From sequence record OZ240615.1: a stretch of 64,000 bases of DNA. One strand, given 5' to 3'. This document shows, one piece after another, positions 44,454 to 52,752 of this stretch. The translations under genes were made by a program, and so were the position numbers. Position 1 is the first letter of the stretch, and every line of letters starts with the position of its first letter. The notes beneath the pieces were generated by a model. It did no database searches. It was not told where the DNA came from and saw nothing but the letters and a program-made list of their open reading frames with translations.

Positions 44454-45077
44454 TTACTTAACGCCGGAAGAACCCCAGCCGCTATCGCCGCGTTCAGAAG
44501 ACGCGCTGAAAGACTCGACCTCTTTCAGCGCCAGATGCCATACAGGGACGACAACGAGCTGACTGATACGATCGCCCGGGTTGACGGTGAACGGAACGTC
44601 TGAGCGGTTCCAGAGCGGTATGCCGATGGTTCCGGTGTAATCGCTGTCAATGACCCCGGTCAGGTTTCCGAGAACGATGCCGTTTTTGTACCCTAACCCA
44701 GAGCGCGGATGGGTATTCAGCATGAAGTTCGGGTTATTCAGGTGAATGGCCACACCGGAGGAGATCATCTTACATTCGCCCGGGTTCAGTACCACCGGCG
44801 CATCGATGGCTGCACGCAGATCGACTGCCGCAGAACCGGGCGTGGCGTAATCCAGTTTACCCCATTCGTTTTCGTAACGCGGGTCATGGTAGATAATTTC
44901 AGCGGGAACGAACTGACGCGGGTCAGGCTTATCAACGCGGAAACGTTGGGCTGTATCAATGGTATTCCCTAATTGAGACTGGTGTACCATCCCGCCTGTC
45001 TCTGTCTTAAAGTAACGCAGGACTTCATTTGGTTCAGACATGTTAAACTCTCTTAGATTGTTGCGGTGATTATTCAA
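44454..45077 (-). CDS. dut: Trimeric dUTPase (start may be MSEPNEV)
   Basis: GSAAVDL, PRSGLG, GVIDSDYTG, GDRISQL, RGDSGWGSSG (all five motifs). Confidence 0.95.
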   Translation of the reverse strand: MNNHRNNLREFNMSEPNEVLRYFKTETGGMVHQSQLGNTIDTAQRFRVDKPDPRQFVPAEIIYHDPRYENEWGKLDYATPGSAAVDLRAAIDAPVVLNPGECKMISSGVAIHLNNPNFMLNTHPRSGLGYKNGIVLGNLTGVIDSDYTGTIGIPLWNRSDVPFTVNPGDRISQLVVVPVWHLALKEVESFSASSERGDSGWGSSGVK

Positions 45078-45109
45078 ACAAAGTCTCCCTACCGTTGAAA
45101 AATATAGCC

Positions 45110-45133
45110 GGGAGAGGGAATTACCCCTCTCCC
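45110..45133 (-). terminator. Hairpin, probable terminator
   Basis: gggagaggg-aattac-ccctctccc. Confidence 0.7.
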
Positions 45134-45140
45134 TAAACTA

Positions 45141-47210
45141 TTATACGGTTTCGTAGTCGGCAATCTGACGACTGGTGTAAATGAACTTATACGGGTTGGG
45201 TTTGCTGTATTGTGCCACCGCCCCGACGGGGGTGTTGTACAGCTGAATTTCCCCAGAGCCGTATGACGCGAAGGTTAACTTGGGGCCATTATCACTGGAA
45301 CAACTGTAGAAGAACGACACTCCGCGTCCGTAGACGTTACTACCCACGGTGTCTTTACCGATGGCGTAAAGCGCGCCACGTACGGTGTCGGTTACCTGGT
45401 TGCCACTCACTACGGATTCAAAATGAGCGACGTAAGTATCCAGACCGTACTCCTCGATCGGGTACCCGTCAACATTACGGTACGTAGACTGGAAACGGAT
45501 CCCTGTGACGCCGGTAGTGACAAGAGAACCTCGTTTGGCGCCCGTACCGTTACCGTAGTGATTTTCTATCGTACAACCAACCTCGAGGAAAGTCCCTTTG
45601 ACACCTAACGAAATAGTTTGCCGATCCGCGCTGTGATGAGTCCCGTAAGTAAACCCATTGGCAAAATTACAGTTTTGCACGAAGACTTCCGCGCCGTGGT
45701 TATTTAAGCACGCGCTGCCACAGGTTCCGGTAACGTTAATCCCTTTCGCCCAGAGCGACGGTTTCGCGTTCAGAATAATACTTTCCGCGCCGACCCCTAT
45801 GTCAGTGTCGTTTATCGCAATATTCTCAAGGTAAACACAACTGTTCCCGGTGACGTTCAACCCGCTCCCGGTCGCCACCACTTTAAGGTCGCTATCAGGT
45901 TTACGACTGTTCGATGTCTGTACCAGTATCGCAGACGAGGTAACGCAGTAAGACCCCGGCGTAGTGACAACGGTACTCGGACCATCAACCAAAGTTAACC
46001 GTTTAGGGAGCCCTTTGTCATCCAACACCCCGTAGTCAAGAACTCCGGCGACTGACAAATCGCTAGACAAGTACTGATAAACGGTGGTGCTATCGGAATA
46101 CAGTGACCAGTTAGTGATCGAGAGATTACCCGTCAAGATAGGTTTGGTTGCCCCTTCACCGATAACTGTCAACGTTCGGTCAGCAATCGTTTTTCGTACG
46201 AAAAGCGGGGTAGTGCCTTTAACGATAATTGTACTGGCTGCCGGCGTTTTATCTAGTGCCCCGTTAAGTGTTTTCAGCGGAGCAGAAGAAGTCCCCTCGT
46301 TATTGTCTGCACCTAAATTGCCGTCGACATAGTAGGTGACACCAAACGGATAAAACCACTCTGCCAAATCCAGATCGGTACTGAATCGCATTAAACCTTG
46401 GGATAACGCCCCAGTGTATTGGAACTTATCCTTGAGCGAATCAAATACCGCGGGAAGTTTCGGAACGCTGTTTAAACAATTGTTCGCGTTATCGTACGAG
46501 GTTTCGTAAGACGGCCCCGTTAGTTCCAGTAATTGACCGCTTCGGAATCGCGCGACGGTTGTTTCTGCTGATAGTGCAGCAGACGTCAACGATTGAGTGC
46601 TGTCGTTACCCAGAACGATCCCGGTGTGACTAGTGGTAGGCAGGAAAGAGCCCTGTTTGCCCACCACAAAATTCTCACCATTGATGCGACTCTTACCTGA
46701 AAGAGTAAAAGTTTTTCCATCGGACTGGTAGAGCTGATACGATGATCTTACCCAGTCGCGTATGGTGGACTCTTGTCCGAAGTACACTTCTAAAGATCCT
46801 GTGTACATCAATGAGGTTGAAACGGTTTTGACCGTGTATACCCCAATAGTGGTGGTAAGTGCGGTGGGATTGAAAGATTCTCGTAAGATATCCGTCATGT
46901 CTAACTGAAGACCGTAATAACTATTCAGTCGATTGACGATATCCTCTGTGGTGAGTATCCCGGCGGTAGACATGAACACAATGGGTTCTGGAATGACTTT
47001 CGACAACGGTACTCGATCGTATTCGAAGATAGCCGAATCGCGATAATCTCCGTTGTCTGTCGCTACGGCAGTGATGCGCGTATTAAACTCTCCACCTGTG
47101 ATGGCAGTGAGGTTGATGAACTCCAGATCGGAGTCTTTGAAAAACGCGTCGTATTGCGTATTGAGCTGGCGTATCAGGAGCGCTTTGCTCTTTAAGGAAA
47201 AGTCGGTCAT
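45141..47210 (-). CDS. Virion fibre/tailspike-like protein: phiKZ-like N-terminal anchor plus beta-helix C-terminus
   Basis: NT..T...Y.R..L..V N-terminus, SL.YTGSL; YYVDGNLGADNNEG..PLKTL beta-helix cap. Confidence 0.75.
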   Translation of the reverse strand: MTDFSLKSKALLIRQLNTQYDAFFKDSDLEFINLTAITGGEFNTRITAVATDNGDYRDSAIFEYDRVPLSKVIPEPIVFMSTAGILTTEDIVNRLNSYYGLQLDMTDILRESFNPTALTTTIGVYTVKTVSTSLMYTGSLEVYFGQESTIRDWVRSSYQLYQSDGKTFTLSGKSRINGENFVVGKQGSFLPTTSHTGIVLGNDSTQSLTSAALSAETTVARFRSGQLLELTGPSYETSYDNANNCLNSVPKLPAVFDSLKDKFQYTGALSQGLMRFSTDLDLAEWFYPFGVTYYVDGNLGADNNEGTSSAPLKTLNGALDKTPAASTIIVKGTTPLFVRKTIADRTLTVIGEGATKPILTGNLSITNWSLYSDSTTVYQYLSSDLSVAGVLDYGVLDDKGLPKRLTLVDGPSTVVTTPGSYCVTSSAILVQTSNSRKPDSDLKVVATGSGLNVTGNSCVYLENIAINDTDIGVGAESIILNAKPSLWAKGINVTGTCGSACLNNHGAEVFVQNCNFANGFTYGTHHSADRQTISLGVKGTFLEVGCTIENHYGNGTGAKRGSLVTTGVTGIRFQSTYRNVDGYPIEEYGLDTYVAHFESVVSGNQVTDTVRGALYAIGKDTVGSNVYGRGVSFFYSCSSDNGPKLTFASYGSGEIQLYNTPVGAVAQYSKPNPYKFIYTSRQIADYETV

Positions 47211-47225
47211 TTTAAAATGCCCCTG

Positions 47226-49265
47226 TTAAGCGGTATAAATAAACTGGTACGGCGTCAATACTTGCGTGGCCGGTTTCGATCCAATATCCGTGTCGAACAA
47301 TGCGATCTTCCCTACCGAATTCGGTGTAAAGGAAAACGCGCTGTTGTCAGTTTTACAGCTCCAGTATTGCGCTGCTGCGCTATTAAGGGAGTTTGCCCCT
47401 ACGCAGTAGTGCGAAAGGTTACCGAGTGTGTTCGTTACAGAAGTAGACTGGCACGCGATGTTAAGAGAGAACGTCCCTTCTCCGGAGTCATTGACATGAT
47501 TACCGTCACAGGCGGTGTACGTCGAATTAATACGGAGGATCGTTCCGTAAGAAGCCAAACGCGATGCTGAGGACGTATGATTTCCATCAAAGCCGCAGTA
47601 GCTGACAGTAGCACGATTCTCAATAACCCAGTACTTAACATTCATGGACGGGAGTACACGGTCGGTAGAATAACGGAAACCACCGGCGAAACCAAACTGA
47701 GCGATGCAATTCTGATGCGCGACGTTATAACCATAACTCCCGAAAGACGGGTCTTTAAATGTCCACCCAAAGGTACACTGCGACATGTAAAGATAACCGT
47801 ATGCGCGAGGGACGGTCATGTCCGCAATGAAACCGTTGTAGGAGAGATCGAAGTTACATTTCTCCATAAACACATTGGCACTATCAGCGACCGAACCCGA
47901 CAGAGTTTTAGCAATCAGGTAAACATTCGTATCCGGCTTACGATTATCCGAGAGATGGACATAAACTCGACCGTTGGTATTGTCAACGTAGAAAGAGTGC
48001 GGAGTATTCGCGCAATCCACCGCGGATGTTTTTGCTAATAGTCTCCCGTACCCGGTAACCGAAGAAACTGTTTTATCTACCAACGTGGCAATGTCAGTCG
48101 CTGACGTATACCAGGTATTCGCATCGTAACCCGACCAGTTAGTGGTTTGGCGACTGGAGGTAAAGACAGGATTGCTGTCTCCGTAGCCTACGATATCCAC
48201 TGTCCGGTTACGGATTGTTTGCGTCCAACCTGAATCGGCGTCGTAGTAGGCATCGCTATAACCCTTAACACGAATCACGCGGGCGGCGGGTAACGCATTG
48301 AGCGCACGTTTAAATGTTTTAAACGCTGTCGCTGCGGTTGTACCGTCGTTAGTATCCACGCCGGTTTTGATATCGACATAATAGACAGTGCCTGTCGCGG
48401 CGCGTTTGGTTGTAACATCAAAAGTGAGGTTGTAGCTCAAAACACCCGCATTCAGTGCCGCAGTAATTCCTAAAGTTTCCGGGATCGCAGAAAGCTGGGA
48501 TGGCACTACTGGCATTTTGGGCAATAGCGCGCCGGTATTATCGTAAGACGTTTCCCCATTTAATCCCAGTATCTCCACTAAACGGTTATTCCGAAAACGC
48601 GCTAAGAGTTTATTTGTCGTGCTTTTATAACTGTTACTCGGAATGACTTTACCGGTCGGTGACAAATACAACGCAGTGATGCCGTTTCGTTGTGCAAGGC
48701 TTCTGGAGACATCGACTACATTACGACCGTTAATTGTCCAGTGACCGCCCATGTAATTGATAGTGCTGTAATCCGCCGCTACCATAAATTGCAACGCATT
48801 AAAGTAACTATATACCGCGTCCTGGGTACCCAGATAGATAGTTACGCTACCTGTATAAACCAGATGGTTATCGGCAACGCTAAGTGTAATTTTCCGTACA
48901 CCAGGGGCCACGTCATCAGGGCGATAAGGACCGTCAACAATGTCAGTACTGGTCAACGCCAGTTCATATTTTTGGTTGATGTAAGGAATAAGGTCAACGA
49001 GACGTGAAAGTGCGAGGTCTTCCAATTGGCAATAGGGTCGCGCTAAAAGCTTCTTGAAGCTCAGGCGATTATATTGTACAGCAACCCCTAAGGATTGCAA
49101 AGAAGAACCGTTGGAGAGTGTTATGGAAGTATTCAGTCCATTAATCACGGTTGTGTTAGTAGCGGGCGTCCCTAACGAGATTGTGGAGATCGTATAGTTC
49201 GTACCGTTCGCTTCATTAATCAGATCGATCGCGATCTGTTTTGGGGTCTGTTTCAGATCAACCAT
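47226..49265 (-). CDS. Virion fibre/tailspike-like protein, tandem paralog of 45141..47210
   Basis: LIDLIN..N-type N-terminus, YNRL, VYTGS; YYVDIKTGVDTNDG..AFKTF. Confidence 0.75.
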   Translation of the reverse strand: MVDLKQTPKQIAIDLINEANGTNYTISTISLGTPATNTTVINGLNTSITLSNGSSLQSLGVAVQYNRLSFKKLLARPYCQLEDLALSRLVDLIPYINQKYELALTSTDIVDGPYRPDDVAPGVRKITLSVADNHLVYTGSVTIYLGTQDAVYSYFNALQFMVAADYSTINYMGGHWTINGRNVVDVSRSLAQRNGITALYLSPTGKVIPSNSYKSTTNKLLARFRNNRLVEILGLNGETSYDNTGALLPKMPVVPSQLSAIPETLGITAALNAGVLSYNLTFDVTTKRAATGTVYYVDIKTGVDTNDGTTAATAFKTFKRALNALPAARVIRVKGYSDAYYDADSGWTQTIRNRTVDIVGYGDSNPVFTSSRQTTNWSGYDANTWYTSATDIATLVDKTVSSVTGYGRLLAKTSAVDCANTPHSFYVDNTNGRVYVHLSDNRKPDTNVYLIAKTLSGSVADSANVFMEKCNFDLSYNGFIADMTVPRAYGYLYMSQCTFGWTFKDPSFGSYGYNVAHQNCIAQFGFAGGFRYSTDRVLPSMNVKYWVIENRATVSYCGFDGNHTSSASRLASYGTILRINSTYTACDGNHVNDSGEGTFSLNIACQSTSVTNTLGNLSHYCVGANSLNSAAAQYWSCKTDNSAFSFTPNSVGKIALFDTDIGSKPATQVLTPYQFIYTA

Positions 49266-49306
49266 TTCAATTCTTCCCTCAATTTACGGGGCGTGAGAAG
49301 TGCATT

Positions 49307-49310
49307 CATA
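49307..49310 (-). promoter_or_regulatory. Putative late promoter (CTATGAAT)
   Basis: TATG about 42 nt upstream of the fibre gene, after a terminator. Confidence 0.45.
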
Positions 49311-49354
49311 GAAAGGTTTTAGGGGTAAAAAGAAAAATGGCGACAGGTGAAAAT

Positions 49355-49386
49355 AAGGAGAAGAGAGCAAAAGCTCTCTTCTCCTT
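49355..49386 (-). terminator. Intrinsic terminator
   Basis: aaggagaagagagc-aaaa-gctctcttctcctt. Confidence 0.85.
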
Positions 49387-49395
49387 TAATTTACA

Positions 49396-49797
49396 TTATT
49401 CGTCGTCTTCGAAGTCTTCCGGTCCAGATTGGTAGTCGTCGTCTTCGTCGTCTTCGTCAAAATCATCGAGGTCTTCTTCATCGAGAAGATCCGGATCGGT
49501 CTCTTCGAGGTACCAGTCGTTATCGGCCAGTAACGCATTGAAAGAATCGCTACCCGCTTCGATTAACGCTTCGGTGACGGCCCCGGAATCGTTTTCGGTA
49601 ACACTCACAACGGTGAGGTCTTCCCCGTCAACGCTTTTGTCGGCGACGTCCGGTTTGTACAACTCGAATCCTATCTGAGCGTTAACTGTTTCCAGTGTTT
49701 CAGAAAGATCCAGCGGATCGACGGGACGACCGTTTTTATCGGTGACTTCGAACGTTTCTTCTTCGGTATTGAATTTCAGGATTGTGCGGTGGGTCAT
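49396..49797 (-). CDS. Highly acidic hypothetical protein
   Basis: 133 aa with D/E-rich C-terminal tail. Confidence 0.85.
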   Translation of the reverse strand: MTHRTILKFNTEEETFEVTDKNGRPVDPLDLSETLETVNAQIGFELYKPDVADKSVDGEDLTVVSVTENDSGAVTEALIEAGSDSFNALLADNDWYLEETDPDLLDEEDLDDFDEDDEDDDYQSGPEDFEDDE

Positions 49798-50123
49798 TTC
49801 CAGTCCTCTTGTTTACGTTTAAGGAAAAGTGCATCGATTACCTTGAGATCAATGGCGATCACTTCGGTATCGGCATGGGGTTGTAAAAAGTAAAGCGATA
49901 GGGTTTCGGTGTCCGTCAATTTTCCAACGACATTAAAAAGAACACCATTAACCATTCCACTAACGCCGGTTTTAAGGTTTAGGGCAACGATTAATTGTCG
50001 TCCTAATAGGTCACAATTATTTCCAGGGTATTCATTTTTTAACTTAAATAAAACACGGGAAATCTTTTCTTGCCATTTCGGGATGACAAGCTGTAAGAGT
50101 TCGGTTCGAGTGAGAGCTAACAT
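49794..50123 (-). CDS. Hypothetical protein
   Basis: 109 aa, AGGT RBS. Confidence 0.75.
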   Translation of the reverse strand: MLALTRTELLQLVIPKWQEKISRVLFKLKNEYPGNNCDLLGRQLIVALNLKTGVSGMVNGVLFNVVGKLTDTETLSLYFLQPHADTEVIAIDLKVIDALFLKRKQEDWK

Positions 50124-50237
50124 ATTTTTACCTGGTGTGATTTTTCTTCATAATAACTTTGAGTTATTTTTGATGTTTTTAGGTCAGGAAAAAATGAAGG
50201 GTTATTGGTATGTGAACACCAAAAACTAACAAGGTAA

Positions 50238-50459
50238 ATGACAAAGATGAGTCTCGCAATTATTCCTACTACAGCACAAAAGATCGTGGAAATTACTCGT
50301 AGCAAAATCGACCCAAATGCAGTAACGTTAATTTTTGAAGACGGTAAAAACGAAACCTTTCTGGATTGGTTTGTTCAGAAACACAAACCCGCAGTAGGTC
50401 GTTTCTTGGCGAAAGACGTGGAAGGATTTACGCACGTCATCGACAGTATTGAAGCTTAA
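50238..50459 (+). CDS. Small conserved-type phage protein on the plus strand
   Basis: AAGGT RBS; ends at a bidirectional hairpin; WFVQKHKPAVG resembles the W..KH.P.VGGY phage motif. Confidence 0.7.
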   Translation: MTKMSLAIIPTTAQKIVEITRSKIDPNAVTLIFEDGKNETFLDWFVQKHKPAVGRFLAKDVEGFTHVIDSIEA

Positions 50460-50470
50460 AGCAAGATACA

Positions 50471-50502
50471 GATTGGTGAGGGGTTAATTCCCCTCACCAA
50501 TC
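50471..50502. terminator. Bidirectional terminator between convergent genes
   Basis: gattggtgagggg-ttaatt-cccctcaccaatc. Confidence 0.8.
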
Positions 50503-50813
50503 TACTCTATGTTTGTATTTAAAACGTCTTGCTCGGAATAGAACTTATCTTCTACTACGCTGTCAAACGCCATAGAACGCATCAGAAGCGATTCAACTGG
50601 TCTATGGTAATAAACCTTATTATCCCAGGGAGGAAGCAAATCAGAGAGCAATAAGGCAGCTTCCGTGACCAACGGTAAATTGTCATCTGGGACAAAAGAA
50701 AGTGCTTCGTCCAATGCTTCGAGCAAAACATGACGAGGGGTAAACATTGCGTAATCATCCTTATTAAAAAGAATAAGGTGAGGACCGAAGTCCCCACGCT
50801 CATTTGTCTTCAC
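50502..50813 (-). CDS. Hypothetical protein after an early promoter
   Basis: 103 aa, GTG start. Confidence 0.7.
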   Translation of the reverse strand: MKTNERGDFGPHLILFNKDDYAMFTPRHVLLEALDEALSFVPDDNLPLVTEAALLLSDLLPPWDNKVYYHRPVESLLMRSMAFDSVVEDKFYSEQDVLNTNIE

Positions 50814-50894
50814 TGAATGTCTCGTTGTTAACCGGCACTGTGAGAAACGGTTAATTAGGAGTTTCCGAGGGTGTCTTATTTCCTCATCACACTA

Positions 50895-50910
50895 GTGATA
50901 TAGATGTGAA
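50895..50910 (-). promoter_or_regulatory. Putative early promoter motif
   Basis: Minus strand TTCACATCTATATCAC. Confidence 0.75.
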
Positions 50911-50922
50911 AAAAGGTGGGAA

Positions 50923-52701
50923 TTAGAGAGGGGTCAGTTCTTCTAATCTAACTTCTATTGAACGAGTCGTTGCTGTCGGAGCGGTCCCGAACTCAATGTT
51001 AAAAGACGTAACCGATTTACCTGCTAGTAATGGTCGAACCGTGGTCTGATAATCCGGTAGAATAGAAACTATTCTGTAGTTAGTATTCAAAACGGTTGAA
51101 GGTAGATTAAGCGAAAAAATAGTAGTTGTTCCATCACCCGTGATAGTATATGTCCGCGTGATTTCAGTTACATAGCCTATATTACCTGTAACCGAAAGGT
51201 TTGTTTTAGTGGCTCCGCCATAATTTATTTTCCCATCGCCAGTGGAATCGGAGAAATGATTGTTTTTAATCATCGAATCGGCAATGGTTCCGCTGGCGCC
51301 AATCGAGATATCATAACCGCTATTATTTAAAAAGGTGTTGTTTAAAATATCGATTTGATAACAAGAGGAAAGGTTAGTTTGAATATCGATCCCTTTCCCT
51401 GTACTTGTTTTAGTTGTTCCGGTTTCGTTATCTAAGTAATCTGCTTTAAAAGAACCTATAATAAAACAGTTTATGATTTTTAAACCTACAAAACCGGAGC
51501 AATAAATTCCTGATCCGCAGTTGTCAATGATAACATTATTGAATTCACAATAAGTTAGAGAACCCAATGAACCGATTCCGGATCGTTTACAATTTTTAGA
51601 TGTAAAATTAGTTATGGAGCATTTTACAATATTATTTTCACCTAAATACGCGCCGTCCTGACAGTTATCTGCGGTACCACCATCCAATTTAGCGTTATAA
51701 CATCCGTTGAAATCAACACCGTTATCGACACAGTTTTTAACGTACGGATTACTAACCAGATGGTCCTGGCACTTACCATTGGCGATTCCAATGAAACCGG
51801 CCGTATTGACAGTATCTGAGATAGATTTACATCCCACGGTTCGACCTAAAGAATCAGCTCGAAACTTAATACCGTTAGAATCAACGTTCTCAATAATGTT
51901 TTCTGAAGAAATGTGTTCGATACAATTCGTAACGTATTGTCCGCAAGATGTTTCAACAGCACCACCCTTGATTTGATGGATATAATTTCTTCTGCAGAAT
52001 GTGCGGGTTGTATTCTCAAAGTATGCGCCGTTAGCAACAAAATTAACGATTTCAATATCTTCCAAAACCGCCCCAGTAACTCCAACAGCGCTAAACGCGT
52101 AATGTTTACTTGACGAAGTTAAGTCGCCAGTAATCTTTCCCTTTTTATTCACGGATTTAAGAACGGAATAATTGGAGGCAATGAACATATGACCCGTGCT
52201 GTTTACTTTTTTAGTTACAGTGACCCCAGGTAAGACTACTAATGTAATATTTTCTGGTATAACAAAACTATCAACAATGGCATCAATATCAATCTCGACA
52301 GTATTATTAATTTTTGATGCCTTGGAACAAAGAACAGATAAAAGACTGGTAATGTCGGTATTCGGTGAGGCGTAATCTGAAACTTTTGGAGATAATTTGT
52401 TAATGGAGGAAAGAACTTTTGATTGATTTAACGCCGGATTAATATTGAAACTCCCAGTGGAAGTAACCAGATTAGCGCTCCCGTCTGGGTTGAAGCTAAT
52501 GGAACTAAAAATACCACTGGCGGTTCCTTTGTCCCATATTGTTTCTGTATTGGGATGAAAAAGAATTTTACTTTGATTAATACTGTTACCTAATTCTAGA
52601 TATTCGACCTCCGCTTCTGTCACACCATAAATTCTTGCTAAAGTATTTTTGTTTGTTATCACAGCGGCACTGCCACCTGGTTGTACTAAACGATCTAACA
52701 T
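50923..52701 (-). CDS. Tailspike with CBA120-TSP-like N-terminal docking domain and right-handed beta-helix
   Basis: QPGGSAAVITNKNTLARIYGV..EV resembles CBA120 TSP1/3 GSTG..TNKQAVARHFGV..EV; repeated parallel beta-helix rungs (NC.DNGVD, NC.DGAY). Confidence 0.8.
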   Translation of the reverse strand: MLDRLVQPGGSAAVITNKNTLARIYGVTEAEVEYLELGNSINQSKILFHPNTETIWDKGTASGIFSSISFNPDGSANLVTSTGSFNINPALNQSKVLSSINKLSPKVSDYASPNTDITSLLSVLCSKASKINNTVEIDIDAIVDSFVIPENITLVVLPGVTVTKKVNSTGHMFIASNYSVLKSVNKKGKITGDLTSSSKHYAFSAVGVTGAVLEDIEIVNFVANGAYFENTTRTFCRRNYIHQIKGGAVETSCGQYVTNCIEHISSENIIENVDSNGIKFRADSLGRTVGCKSISDTVNTAGFIGIANGKCQDHLVSNPYVKNCVDNGVDFNGCYNAKLDGGTADNCQDGAYLGENNIVKCSITNFTSKNCKRSGIGSLGSLTYCEFNNVIIDNCGSGIYCSGFVGLKIINCFIIGSFKADYLDNETGTTKTSTGKGIDIQTNLSSCYQIDILNNTFLNNSGYDISIGASGTIADSMIKNNHFSDSTGDGKINYGGATKTNLSVTGNIGYVTEITRTYTITGDGTTTIFSLNLPSTVLNTNYRIVSILPDYQTTVRPLLAGKSVTSFNIEFGTAPTATTRSIEVRLEELTPL

Positions 52702-52721
52702 GTGAATACCTCAAAAAAAGT

Positions 52722-52743
52722 AAGGAGAGGTTCCCCTCTCCTT
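52722..52743 (-). terminator. Hairpin, probable terminator
   Basis: aaggagagg-ttcc-cctctcctt plus T-tract. Confidence 0.7.
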
Positions 52744-52752
52744 GATTGTATT

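Noticed and set aside
49400-49470. tcgtcgtcttcg quasi-tandem repeats
   Set aside because: Simply encode the Asp/Glu-rich tail of 49396..49797; not an array
50238-50459. Possible cyclic-nucleotide sponge (Tad/Acb family)
   Set aside because: Only a vague motif resemblance; it does not match the Tad1, Tad2 or Acb2 patterns I can recall
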